Source: Phoronis australis (taxonomy: Eukaryota > Animalia > Phoronida). Taken from it: a stretch of DNA of 64,000 nt. The notes beneath the pieces were generated by a model that saw nothing but the letters and a program-made list of their open reading frames with translations, made no database searches and had not been told where the DNA came from. Below are positions 12,648-23,616 of this stretch, piece by piece (position 1 is the stretch's first letter; every line of letters starts with the position of its first letter). A program made the position numbers and the translations under genes. Where the stretch lies: assembly GCA_002633005.1 (NCBI GenBank), contig NMRA01000436.1, positions 143,000 through 206,999 of the forward strand, given 5' to 3'.

Positions 12648-15600
12648 CTGAAAATAAGAATTACTTTATTTAATCAATCAATCAATCAAACATTTCCGTA
12701 ACCAGTAAATAAGTATTTTCTGACTTTTTGTGACGAGCATTTACACCACTGTCTTATTGGCACATTTATGCACACAAAGCTAATAAGTATCAAACAACAA
12801 TGTGTCTTGTAAAAAGCTTTTGCCGAAGTACCAGATGCGGACAAAAACTAATACATTACTTTGCAAATTAAATCAAAACTTAACAGATTCATTAGACAAT
12901 CAAGAGCAAAATCTGTGCTGAATAACACAGAACCAAGACACAGAGGAAGCACTTATAGTAAGAAATCTTGGCTTATGGAAAGGCAAATAATTTAACATTT
13001 CAACCTCACTGACCAAGCACTTCAGTAGCAACCATTTTACTAAACATTAGAAACGTCGCAGACATAGTCACGGAACACTCGTGTTTTACTCCAGTGATTT
13101 ATATGTAGCATGGCCTTTTTGCAAGTTTCTCAGACCTAAGAAATGCACCCCTGCTTCAACTTTTACAAAAACTAACTAAAAAGGCATCAGCTTGTCAGAA
13201 TGGCGAAAATTTTTTCTCAGAGCAACGTCTCACATCTCTCCTCCAACCTTTGTAGCTCTCCTTCCTGTCGAGTTCAACTTACACACAAACACACAAACAC
13301 ACATAGACACATGCACACACACAGCAACCCCAGCCACTAACAGAAACTTGAAGGAAGGTGCTAATTTTAACTGAAAATTGAATTGTTGACGTGTTTTGAA
13401 GTTTTTGACAACAGTGGCATTTTTGGAAAACATTTTAAAAACATGTGATTTTTGAAAACTACAAATTAAGTAGAAATAAAAATCTGACTCAAAAACATTT
13501 CCTTTTATTCTTAAGTTTTGAGTCATGCCTAACATGATATGTAATAGCAAAATTTTAGCCATTTTCAAGAGGAACGTGCAATAAAAAATCAGCTTTCTAC
13601 CTGCTGACTCAGAAACTCCTGATATCAGGAAGTAAGCAGTGTTTTGACTACGATAAACCAACAATGACAAACCTTTTTGCCTTTTCCAGAAACCTTGTTT
13701 TCAAGTCGGTTGATTTTTCCGCCAACATTGAAGTCCACTTTGGCGACTTGTTTACTACAGGCTACTATTGGGTGAGTTTGGGCAATGGTCACTACACAGA
13801 TCCTAAAGAGCACACAAACACTGAGACAAATGTGTGATAACAATTGATGATGCATTAAAACATAGCAACTAGCACTTACATGACTGAAACAAATTCCACA
13901 ATCTCAGAGTTAAAATTTAATTGTTTTCACAACAAAAAGTTGACGTCTGACTATAATTTGATTGACTTTGTGTGTCAATTTCAAGGCAGTGAAAGATTTG
14001 CAGACATCAAAGACTGCAAATACATGTATATATACTCTTGTGGGAGTGCAAACAGCGGGTTAAAGTAGAGTGTAACGGCTTCGAGAAGGTAGACTTACAG
14101 GAAGATGAACCGTCAACACTTAATGTAAGTCAATTTGTCATATTTTAATAAAAGTACTGAAAAATGTGATTAGTTCTGCAAAATGAAATAAATAAGAACA
14201 ACTCCTCAAATCAGAAGTGCTGCAAAATTGTGAAACGACAAATGTCTGATGAGGCTGTTCCCGAGAACATTTGTTTTTTGCAAAATTTAGCACAAAGGAA
14301 GGTGCATTGATAGCAAAACAGTGGTATAACTAACACACTCAAATTTTATTTGTTGTAATGCTTGAGGAGTAATTTCAAAAACGCTGTTGCTGTTTTCTAA
14401 AACATCGTTTCATTTTTGCTTGATGCAACTTTCAATTTTTTCACGTACTTCATAAAAGTTTCATTTTGCTACTCTCTCATGTGAAAGTGGAACATTGAAA
14501 GAAAAAAATCATGACAGTGTCTTGGAAACCAGTGCATAAGGCAAAGTATGTGAAAATTATATACGAATCCAATCAATGGTTTCTTCAAATATGAACAATT
14601 TTGTATGGTCCTAAATAACTTTAAGGATACCAAACCCGTTTAGCCTCTTCGCAGATCGTAAAAATGACTTTCCCATCCAGTTCTCTGAACAAAATAATGC
14701 TCCGTAACCCTCGATAACCATCAAAAGTTTGGATAAAAATTTGAAAACTACTTTCAAAGTCTGCTAAATGGGCAAGCGTGACTTATGCTTCCAGTGAATT
14801 ACAACTGTGATAAATGACCACACCAATGGTGCACTAGCAGTGAATTACAACTGTGATAAATGACCACACCAATGGTGCACTAGCAGTGAATTACAACTGT
14901 GATAAATGACCACACCAATGGTGCACTAGCAGTGAATTACAACTGTGAGAAATGACCACACCAATGGTGCACTAGCAGTGAATTACAACTGTGAGAAATG
15001 ACCACACCAATGGTGCACTAGCAGGCGACAGAACGAGGATTGATGAAAATCATCAAAACAGGGTTTAGTATCTTTTTTACGAACCCCATTACTTGCAGGA
15101 GTCCTCCTGGTCACCTGTGCTTACCCATTAGAATGTACAAGGATACAATGGTGCTCATCACTACAGCCACCTACGCCTGGAAATACAGAGATAACAATAA
15201 ACATTTACTGCATAAGGGCATCATTCAACATTACCATATGTCACCCTCAGAGACATCTTTTGACAACACCATAAGCAATTGGCATCCAGAGTGGGGACAG
15301 TCTTTGTAAAAGTGTGTATAAGTCTGTGAAAATTATTCTATTGCAGAGAAAATAAACCTTTACTAGGCTGGCTCACACTAGCCTCTCACCAGCTCGCCAC
15401 AGATGAAATCTGAGCGTCACTCTCGATGGTAGAGCTAAGGCCATTCGCCAACTTGGCGAATACTTTCAAAACTTGACAATGAAAATTTATTTCAGGAAAT
15501 CTACTCGCGTGTCGACTCAGTCAGCTCGAATCAAGTCACGCTGCAAACAACATTCTTACTTCGATTCCGAGTCATAAAAAATACTTAGCAAGTGAATGTT

Positions 15601-18600
15601 CCATTTCATGTCTATCACTCCCCCAGAAATCACTCTTTTACTGCAACGAAATGTTGTGTAGGGGGGTAATGACAATGTCAAGACTATTTCGGCAGCGGCC
15701 AAAAGCAAGGTACAGCAAATGTCAACGTGTTACTTAATGACTTTGATACTGGTTTTCACTACTTTGCTTGATTAAACTTTATTTGGCCAACCACAAATTA
15801 TGTTAACGTTTTTGAACATCAAGGTCTTGCTCATCAAAATGGCCATCTGGCTGGTGTGCCCCCACAGTAACCCGAGGATGGGGGAGGGGGGAATCAATGG
15901 TCATTTTTTTAAGTCAAATCAATGAAATGCCCATGTCACCAGCACATCCCCGCCGTAACCTAGGGATAGGGGGAACCCCTGCCCTAACCCGGAGAGAGGG
16001 GGGAAGCTTGCCCATTTTTTAGGTCAACATGATGCCCATATGGCGGGCATACCACTGACGTAACCCAGAGATAGGGAGAAAGTATTTGGCTAAGAAGTTT
16101 TGAAAATGGCTGCTTCAGGCACTTTGGCTAATACCTTTTAAAGTCTAGCGTGAGCCTAGTTTACAGAGGTATTGTATGCTTTTACAAATGTTAACGAATT
16201 TGAAAGATTTCTAGTGAAATTCACTTTCTCACACTTACCTGACGAGTAATTTAACATTAATTAGTTAGACAACTCTACGCATGTACGGGGTACTCTTATG
16301 CAAATGATACACGGCACTGAACAAAAAGAAATGGACTAGATGAGTTTGATCTGGCAACATGACTGTCAGGTCCGAAACACAGCATCTATAGTTTGTACAG
16401 TGCACAGGACTAGAGATCATAGCCTAAAACTCACACTATTAAATTTCCTTGATAAAGTGCTATGAATTATAGCACATAGTCATTGTTATTGAGTTTTGGT
16501 TTTCAAATGTGGATGACTTTTATTCAGTTTTATACAACAGTAGAAGGCACACCAAGTGCATTGTCAAAATGATCACCTGCATTCTGTTCAGTTACAGTCC
16601 AAGACTTGAGAGTACATGCATGTGATAGCTCACCACACTAGATTCAAGGAAAACATCACTATTCCAGCAAGAGACGTCTAGCTATGGAAATTTTCATGAC
16701 GTGCATATATCTCTAACTAGAACAAAGAATACCTAAGACAACACAGTGCTTGACCCTTAGCTTGATGACAGATCGTCAAATGTGATTTCGTGAAAATCCA
16801 GTCATCACGTCGAAATTGTGTGCTAAAAACACCGTGTGCCATACTCCCTCTCAAAAATATGTATACCTCTTATATTTTCCCCATTAAAATGCACCAAACA
16901 ATCTCTTAACTCAAGTTGTCCTGCCAATGAAGAATGCAGACCATCGGTTACACTGAACACTGAAGGCGTGTGTGTTTGATGGTCTGAATTTTGCCGAGCA
17001 ATTCCGACTTTCGTCTGTTTACCTCCTGTTGTGATTTAACCGCATGCTTGACATGTGCTGGGCAGCGAGGGTGGCAAATACACTGATTTCAAAACATAAA
17101 TGGAACACTTGTGAACTAAGGGAAACTGTTAGTAGTTAGTTTGGAAGTCACCACAAATTTTGAAATTAACTTCAAATGAATTATAGTCTCTGACTTTGAA
17201 ACTCACTGTGGCAACTTCCTGGTGACTTGGGGCCGTCAAACACAATCCAAAGTCGCATTGGTGACCTGCAGGTCGCCAAATCAACCACTGCAACACATGC
17301 CTGGATCTGGTGTTGGCTTACGTAGCAAATGGCAATTTAAGGCTTCACACTATAGCTTGGATGACAGGGAAATGTATTTAAACTGCACACTGTTAACAAA
17401 TGGGTGACTTTCTTGTAACCCTCATTTTAGATGGATTAGATTGTAATTCTTTAAAAAGGAATATAAAGGACAAGTTTACGTGTGACATTTAAATGTTGGA
17501 GAACATTACAAAAAATTATGCATGGTCAGAAATTTTAATTGTGATGCCAATTTCGTTGTGAACGGACTGCATATAGAGGTGTTGTGAAAGGATTGCTAAT
17601 GGAGGTGCTGCGAATTGGAAAAGAGGTTTGCTTATTTTGCCATTTTCCCCCTGTCAATTCCTAGAGCTAGACATTCATTGATAAACAGCTAGCTATCAGG
17701 CCAGGAAAAACCTAAAGCTAAATAATATAGCCCAAAACCAAGTGGAGAATGGGAATGGAGAAAACCTAATGAGTTAGCTGGCCAGCTAGTTGTTAGCAGA
17801 CTATACTTAAAATACAGCTAGGAACCGCGATGTGTTCAACCACAATATACTTTGAAATTTCACACTGTCTGATTAGTTGTGCTCGTTGCCAAGGCTAGGT
17901 CTAGAGTAGCCTTGGTACAAAGCTGTAAACAAAATACACAGCTTCGTGCCAATGTGGGTAAAAAACTGACCACGAGAGAAAAATTAGTGCCATTAAAAAC
18001 TACACCCTTCCTTGAGTACACAAAATGATTTACTGGTGTTGGGAAAATTGGCATTCTACCGTTATTCAGTAGATAAAGTTGTGGAGCGATCTTTTGCATC
18101 CACTTTCGGCGCCATGAAATATTGTGTCACCTATTGGCCAGTTTCTTTTTTCGCCGATTCTTCAATCAACTGTTGCTCTTTCATGAGGTTGCGTACACGT
18201 CACAACAAATTATCGGAAGTTTTTAGAATTTTGATACCAGGAAACCGAATTTTAGAAGAACGTTTTTCTGCTGCCAAGCTATCATCATAACTATTCTTTG
18301 TTAGAAACGGCAGAGGATTATGCAAGAAAATGAAGTTGATTAGATTGTTTTTCATGGCTGTAACAGGCAAGGTGAGTATCGGTTGATTCCCAGATTTTGC
18401 ATGTACCCTGTCCGATCTTTAGCTTTCCATGTTGATACAGGTTTCACGGCAAGGTGACGTGCAGAACTTCCCTGGCTGTGTGCAATTTCGGGGTCTATGG
18501 AAGATTAACACACAGTGGTACCAAGCTGTATTTTGACGACAGTCTTCATACAGCTAGCTAGCTGGCTAGGTCTACAGTAGCCAGCCAGTTAGCTGTATGA

Positions 18601-20218
18601 AAAATATGATCAAAATACAGCTAAGTAACATTGTGTGTACTTCTTCCGTAGACCTCGAAATTGCACACACCCAGGGTAGTTCTACTCGTCACCTCGCCGT
18701 GAAACCTGTATCAACATGTAAAGCTAAAGACCGGACGGGGTGCATGCAATATCTGGGAATCAACCGATACTCACCTTTCCCATTATAGCCGTTTAAGTGA
18801 AAAACAATGCAATAAACGTCATTTTCATGCGTAACTTTCCGCCTTTTCTAACAACAAAAAGTATGTCGTCGTTTTGGAAACAGTACGCTCGTGTAAGGCG
18901 CACGCACCATTTCCTAAATTTTTGCGGCAACTTCGCAGCAGCAAAACTTGTTCTGAAATTTGGTTTTTCGGTTATCGAAATTCTAAAGACTTATAATGAA
19001 GTGAAACCACTTCCAATAATTTGCTGTGACATGTACGCAAGCTCGTGAAAGAATAACAGTTGATTGAAGAATCGGCGAAAAAAGAAACTGGCCAATAGGC
19101 GACGCAGTATTTTATGGCGCCAAAAGCCGTCACTAAAGATCGCTCCACGACATTTTTTACAACACCGTTCAATAATTTTGTTTACTCAAAGAAGGCTGTA
19201 GTTTTTAATGACATTAATTTTGTGTCAGATTTTATATTAACACTTTTTACCCACATCGGTGCAAAGCTGTATATTTAGTATATAGCTTTGTACCAAGGCT
19301 AGGTCTACAGATACTCACAGGCAGCCTCAGCTTCTGATCGTCCCCAATACATTATATAATACTACAAGGTATGACACTCCAGACTAGAAATTCCACGGGG
19401 GCTTCACTTCAGCCGTCCACAGCAAACACAAAACTCAATAAATTTACACAAAACAGAGGTTCAACAAAATGTGAGGAATTGTTCTTTCTCACAATACCAT
19501 TTATGGTGTCCTGCTCCACAGAGTTCGCAAGAAATTTGCGGTCAAAGCCCAAAAATCTTACCTAAAAGTCCTTCCGGAGCAACTGCCGTGACATACGCAA
19601 AGGGTGCTGAATTATCCGATAAGTTAAAATGAACGGCAATTGCCGAGTTATCGATGCCGTGACTTTCCGTGATGAATCGGCAATTGCCGTTCATCCGTAA
19701 CTCACCGGATAATTCCGTACCCTTAGCGTGTGACACGGGATTTGCTCCGGATGGACTGTATGGGAAGATTTTTGTGCTTTGACCACGAATTTCTTGCGAA
19801 CTCGGTGGAGCAGGACACCATGAATGATATTGGGAGAAAGAACAATTCCTCATGGTTTGTTGAACCACAGTTTTATGTAAACTTATTGTGTTTTATGTTT
19901 GTTATGGACGGCTGAAATGAAGCACCGTAGAATTTTTAGTATGTAGTGTCATACCTTGTAGTATTATAAAGTGTATTGGGGACGATCAGAAGCTGAGGAC
20001 GCCTGTGCCATCACCAGGCCAAGACAAATGAAATGACGCGAGAACACTGCCGCCTAATCATTCCACACATTCAGGAGAGCCATCTCAAGTTTCCACTCAA
20101 ACAAGTACAGATACAAACCAACTACATATCTCTGAGTGTAGTAGCGTTCTATAACACTGGCGTGCTGCAAAGACACTGCAACATTTGGTAACGTCGAGGA
20201 TTTTTCATGTTCCTCCAT
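12501..20218 (-). CDS. ABITRAM: Actin-binding transcription modulator (ABITRAM/FAM206A/Simiate), exons 1-4; last exon not located
   Basis: Exons 20218-20119, 15176-15125, 13802-13673, 12647-12501 join in frame (phases 1,2,0): ..SVIERYYTQRY..DEHHCILVHSNGICVVTIAQTHP..NRLENKVSGKGKKGAQAL..LCEVTCAD..YKIYSCLRGHLMEVNENL..LLQTK, matching the family motifs HSNR-IC, NKVSGKxKxGAQ and CxRGxLxEVNE. Confidence 0.92.
13673..13802 (-). CDS. ABITRAM: ABITRAM exon 3 (ICVVTIAQTHP...NKVSGKGKK)
   Basis: ctttag|G acceptor, AAG|gtttgt donor, phase 2/0. Confidence 0.9.
14792..15024. repeat. 46-bp minisatellite x5 (CAGTGAATTACAACTGTGA(T/G)AAATGACCACACCAATGGTGCACTAG)
   Basis: Near-perfect tandem copies in ABITRAM intron 2. 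Confidence 0.95.
15125..15176 (-). CDS. ABITRAM: ABITRAM exon 2 (52 nt; VGGCSDEHHCILVHSN)
   Basis: ttccag|GC acceptor, GG|gtaagc donor, phase 1/2. Confidence 0.88.
15362..16160. mobile_element. Probable non-autonomous TIR element
   Basis: ACTAGGCT(GG)CTCACACTAG at left versus CTAGCGTGAGCCTAGT at right; internal repeated GTAACCC.G.GATAGGGG motifs. Confidence 0.45.
17907..18568 (+). mobile_element. TAGCC..GGCTA element copy A (Academ-like termini), 9-bp TSD
   Basis: Flanked by GGTCTAGAG (17898-17906) and GGTCTACAG (18569-18577); homologous to copy B in inverse orientation. Confidence 0.7.
18578..19301 (-). mobile_element. TAGCC..GGCTA element copy B, inverted relative to A, 9-bp TSD
   Basis: Flanked by GGTCTACAG at 18569-18577 and 19302-19310; carries a ~60-bp extra segment near 18860-18925. 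Confidence 0.7.
19316..20007. mobile_element. ~690-bp almost fully palindromic (foldback) element with CACAGGC termini
   Basis: CACAGGCAGCCTCAGCTTCTGATCGTCCCCAATACA.. mirrored by ..TGTATTGGGGACGATCAGAAGCTGAGGACGCCTGTG; symmetry continues to a short central loop near 19650-19675. Confidence 0.85.
20119..20218 (-). CDS. ABITRAM: ABITRAM coding exon 1 (MEEHEK...SVIERYYTQRYVV)
   Basis: ATG at 20218, G|gtttgt donor, phase 1; an upstream in-frame ATG exists at 20257. Confidence 0.85.
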
Positions 20219-21479
20219 TGTACTGTTTTTGTGGTTTTTAATTTTAAAGAGCATCATGTGCGACCTCTGGTGGCCAAAGAAATCAGGCGCCGCCGCGGTC
20301 AGCTAATACACAACTAGTAAAGTGCATTAAAAACAACCGACACACAGTCGTATATATGTGTACAGTGTGTATTCCGGAGATCTTCGCGATCAAATGTCGC
20401 TTCAGTGGAGACCACTGTACATTATAATACAGACAGGTTGTTATTATCTCCTTAATATTGAACAAACGTTGAGAGATTAACATAAGTGGCCGATGCCGGC
20501 ATTGACTACATAAATAAATAGAATCAGATGCTCGTATTTAATCCATTCAACAACCGGAATCAGTTTTTGCATGTATTTTTTTCAAAACAGTTTCTCCATA
20601 AAATTGTCCACATACGGGGAGCGTCAGGTTTTTCACGGATTTTCATTCAGATTGGAAATGTGGTCGTGGGGCCGCACTATAGTATAGTCAGTGATTAAGT
20701 TAGTGAAGTCGAGGGTCATACTCAAACACTAAGAGATATACGGAATGATAGCCCACTGGCAATCTCGCGTGGTCACGTCTTTACGTCCGTACGACGGTCC
20801 AGATGACAATGAAAGCGTTTAGAAGTGGTCGTGGACTATAAGGGACTCCGGGACATATCGCTGGGCAAACCGCTGACTCACTGCCGATGCATGGTGGGGA
20901 CGAGGGACTGAGGGGCAGAACCAGCACCGAGTGGTGACTGAGAGCAGTGATAGTTCACTATTTCCTCTCCTTTGGAAGAAAATGGTTGGCGACCTCTAAA
21001 TCGAGTACAGGCACTGGCGCCACCGAGGGCGCCATGTTATGAAGAAATCAAGCACACTGACCATAAAATTAGGCCTACTATTACATGTATATTGAGCCTG
21101 TCTCCTGTTTAATCCATATTATAAAGGTGCAAGTATGTTCACGTGTGTATACTATTCCAGGAACATTGCCGGGTGTCTTTCAGTTAGGTCCACTCCGCAC
21201 TACTGTACAGGCATGTAGGCTACATCGAGTGTCTCTCACGTGCTACTAAATGCAGTGTCAACATCAATGACAGCGCTTTCCCGTTCAGTGACTTTACCCT
21301 ATGAAGGGGGTTGTGAACGTGTGATAACATATCTAGCTTCTTTATTAACTGCCAAGCACAGTCTTTTGTCCCGGCGTTGCGACAACAGGCACGCCAATTA
21401 TCTACCAGCATTACAGCGTCCTGTCGTTAAGTAACTTTTCCAGACGTGAGGGGTGCTGAACGTGCGATAATATCTGGCT

Positions 21480-22060
21480 TAACTTAACTTTCATTTTATC
21501 AGCCCACCCCAGTCAGGCTAGACATGATCTGATCGGAGATTGGAGCATTATCAAACAAAAGAGCGCAGGCCCTCCAACCATCAACGCCAGAATGGAGTTA
21601 ATTGGCTACGGTTGGTAAACTTCCCAACTTGTTGTTGGGCTATACAACCGAACAAGTTGGGAGCAACGGGATGTCGCCGTCATGGGCTTGTTACAGTTAG
21701 ACCATGCACGTGTACACATTCGGAAAGAATGGATTATCGTAACTTTGGTTGCAGTTGGGCGATTTTAGTTGGCGATTCAAAAACTAAACATGATCACCAT
21801 TTGACAAGGATTTCAGGCATGTTATTGGTTTAATGTTCAAACATGTTATAACTTAACTTTTATTTTTAACCGACCACAGGCCAGTCAGGCTAGATATGAT
21901 CTTAAAGATTAGAACAATTATCGAACAAAAGAGAGCTGGCCCTGCAACCATGAATGCCAGAATGGAGTTAATCAGTATTGCAAACTTCTCAACTAATTGT
22001 TGTTGAGCTATAGAAACGAACGAGTGGGGAGCAACGGGAAAACGCCGTAATGAGTTCATA
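21480..22060. repeat. Diverged ~200-bp direct duplication (period ~370 bp)
   Basis: CCAGTCAGGCTAGA.ATGATCT...GCCAGAATGGAGTTAAT...GGGAGCAACGGGA at ~21509-21690 and ~21881-22055. Confidence 0.75.
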
Positions 22061-23014
22061 GGTACGTCCATGTAGGCTTTGCTATATAGACATGACCACT
22101 AAAATCTCTTTGGCATAGACGATGAAAATACACCTCGTGATTCGGCCCCCATCGTTATTCGGCCATCCTCCATTGAACTCATGACTGTTGAGCACCTGGA
22201 CGTGCGACGTCACTATCGGAAAGGACGGACTTAGCAGTTTTTTTCCGTGGGGTGGCGTTATAAGCTGTTCTCAGAATTATTCGACATCTCTTTTCATGCA
22301 TATGCTTCCCCGGTCATTTTTATATAAGTAGATTCCCTGTGATTCCTAGTGTTTGCCGCTGTCCGGTGGGTCGAGATTCTTGCAATATTTCGTAATGCGC
22401 GTACCTATTTTCCGGCGTCCTGTCTCACCGACATATTCAAAATCGCAATTTGCTCGCGGAGCCTTGTACTAGACCACACCTCAGCAATCGTACGTGTTCC
22501 TCTTCCCGTTCGGGTTGACAAGGCAGCATTACAATTTAAATACCGGTTGACGTTCATTAGGCAAACCTTACGCTAAAAAGATTTGCACGCAATTGGACGA
22601 CTAAAAGCGTGCTTCGTTTACCCCCGAGTATCCAGTGAAGTCCTCGGCACATCAACGCCTTGATGGCGCCGTCACAGATTGAAGGGTGCTACTCGCTATC
22701 CATGGGGTGGGCTTGGCTGAATGTGATGCATGAGATTGCGGTCGTTAGCCAACACTGTTTAGGGTTCGAGTTCAAATTCAAAAACTGAACAATGAGTTTA
22801 GACTACATGACTGTTTTTAAAACTGAAAAGTAAATATTACGAGTCTTTGAATTTTAAAAATCGACGCATTATAATATAAATTATCAAATTTTCTTCAGCA
22901 TCGCGGTTAATCCCCGAGCAATTTGAGAATTGATTATGACGTGACAAAATCACAAATGTTAGCATAAGATTTGTCTCAATGCCTGCTATGTACTGCAAAT
23001 CCGCCGTACCGATA

Positions 23015-23087
23015 TATAGGCGGTGCAGTAGTAGGGGTGGGGGGTGTTGGTATAGCCCCTCAGCCCCCTATGGTGCACCGCCCATGG
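23015..23087. repeat. Short ~65-bp GGCG..GCA / TGCACCGCCC mini-element family
   Basis: Similar GCTATAGCCCC..CCCCTATGGTGCACCGCC modules also at ~30626-30697 (rc), ~31725-31785 and ~33250-33370. Confidence 0.6.
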
Positions 23088-23616
23088 GATAGACTGATAC
23101 GTGCCATTATTTGTTTATGCTGCGTTCGTTTTCTCATCTTATGGCACTTTAATATAATAGAACAAGAGATAATGTCTTTCAATAATCCACGCATTTGTAA
23201 TGTAATATTTCGAACAATCGATTTCTACAGTTTAGTGCAGTACAAATAGACAACTTAAAATTTGCAACAATGAAGACAAGACGAAATTACTGTACTGCAC
23301 ACCCCGTAACGAATGAACGGCTAGGTATCCCTGCAGTATTATCTTTTTAAACGCCCATATACAAATATTAAAGGCGTCTTTCGAAACCTAAAAACATAAA
23401 AGTGCTCTAATCAAAAGAGGGATACCTTAAGACAGAACGACACTTCCTTTTGTTGTTGACGGGACTAGCCATCTTCTCTGCTTCATTCATCAAACAGATA
23501 CTAAAGGAAAGCTCTCAATTTTGTTGCACGCTTTAGAGCACAATGCAAAGATATAGTGAAAACATGGGCTTTTTATCTAACATTAAGCCAGCGACTGATG
23601 TGATATTAGTCTCCAC

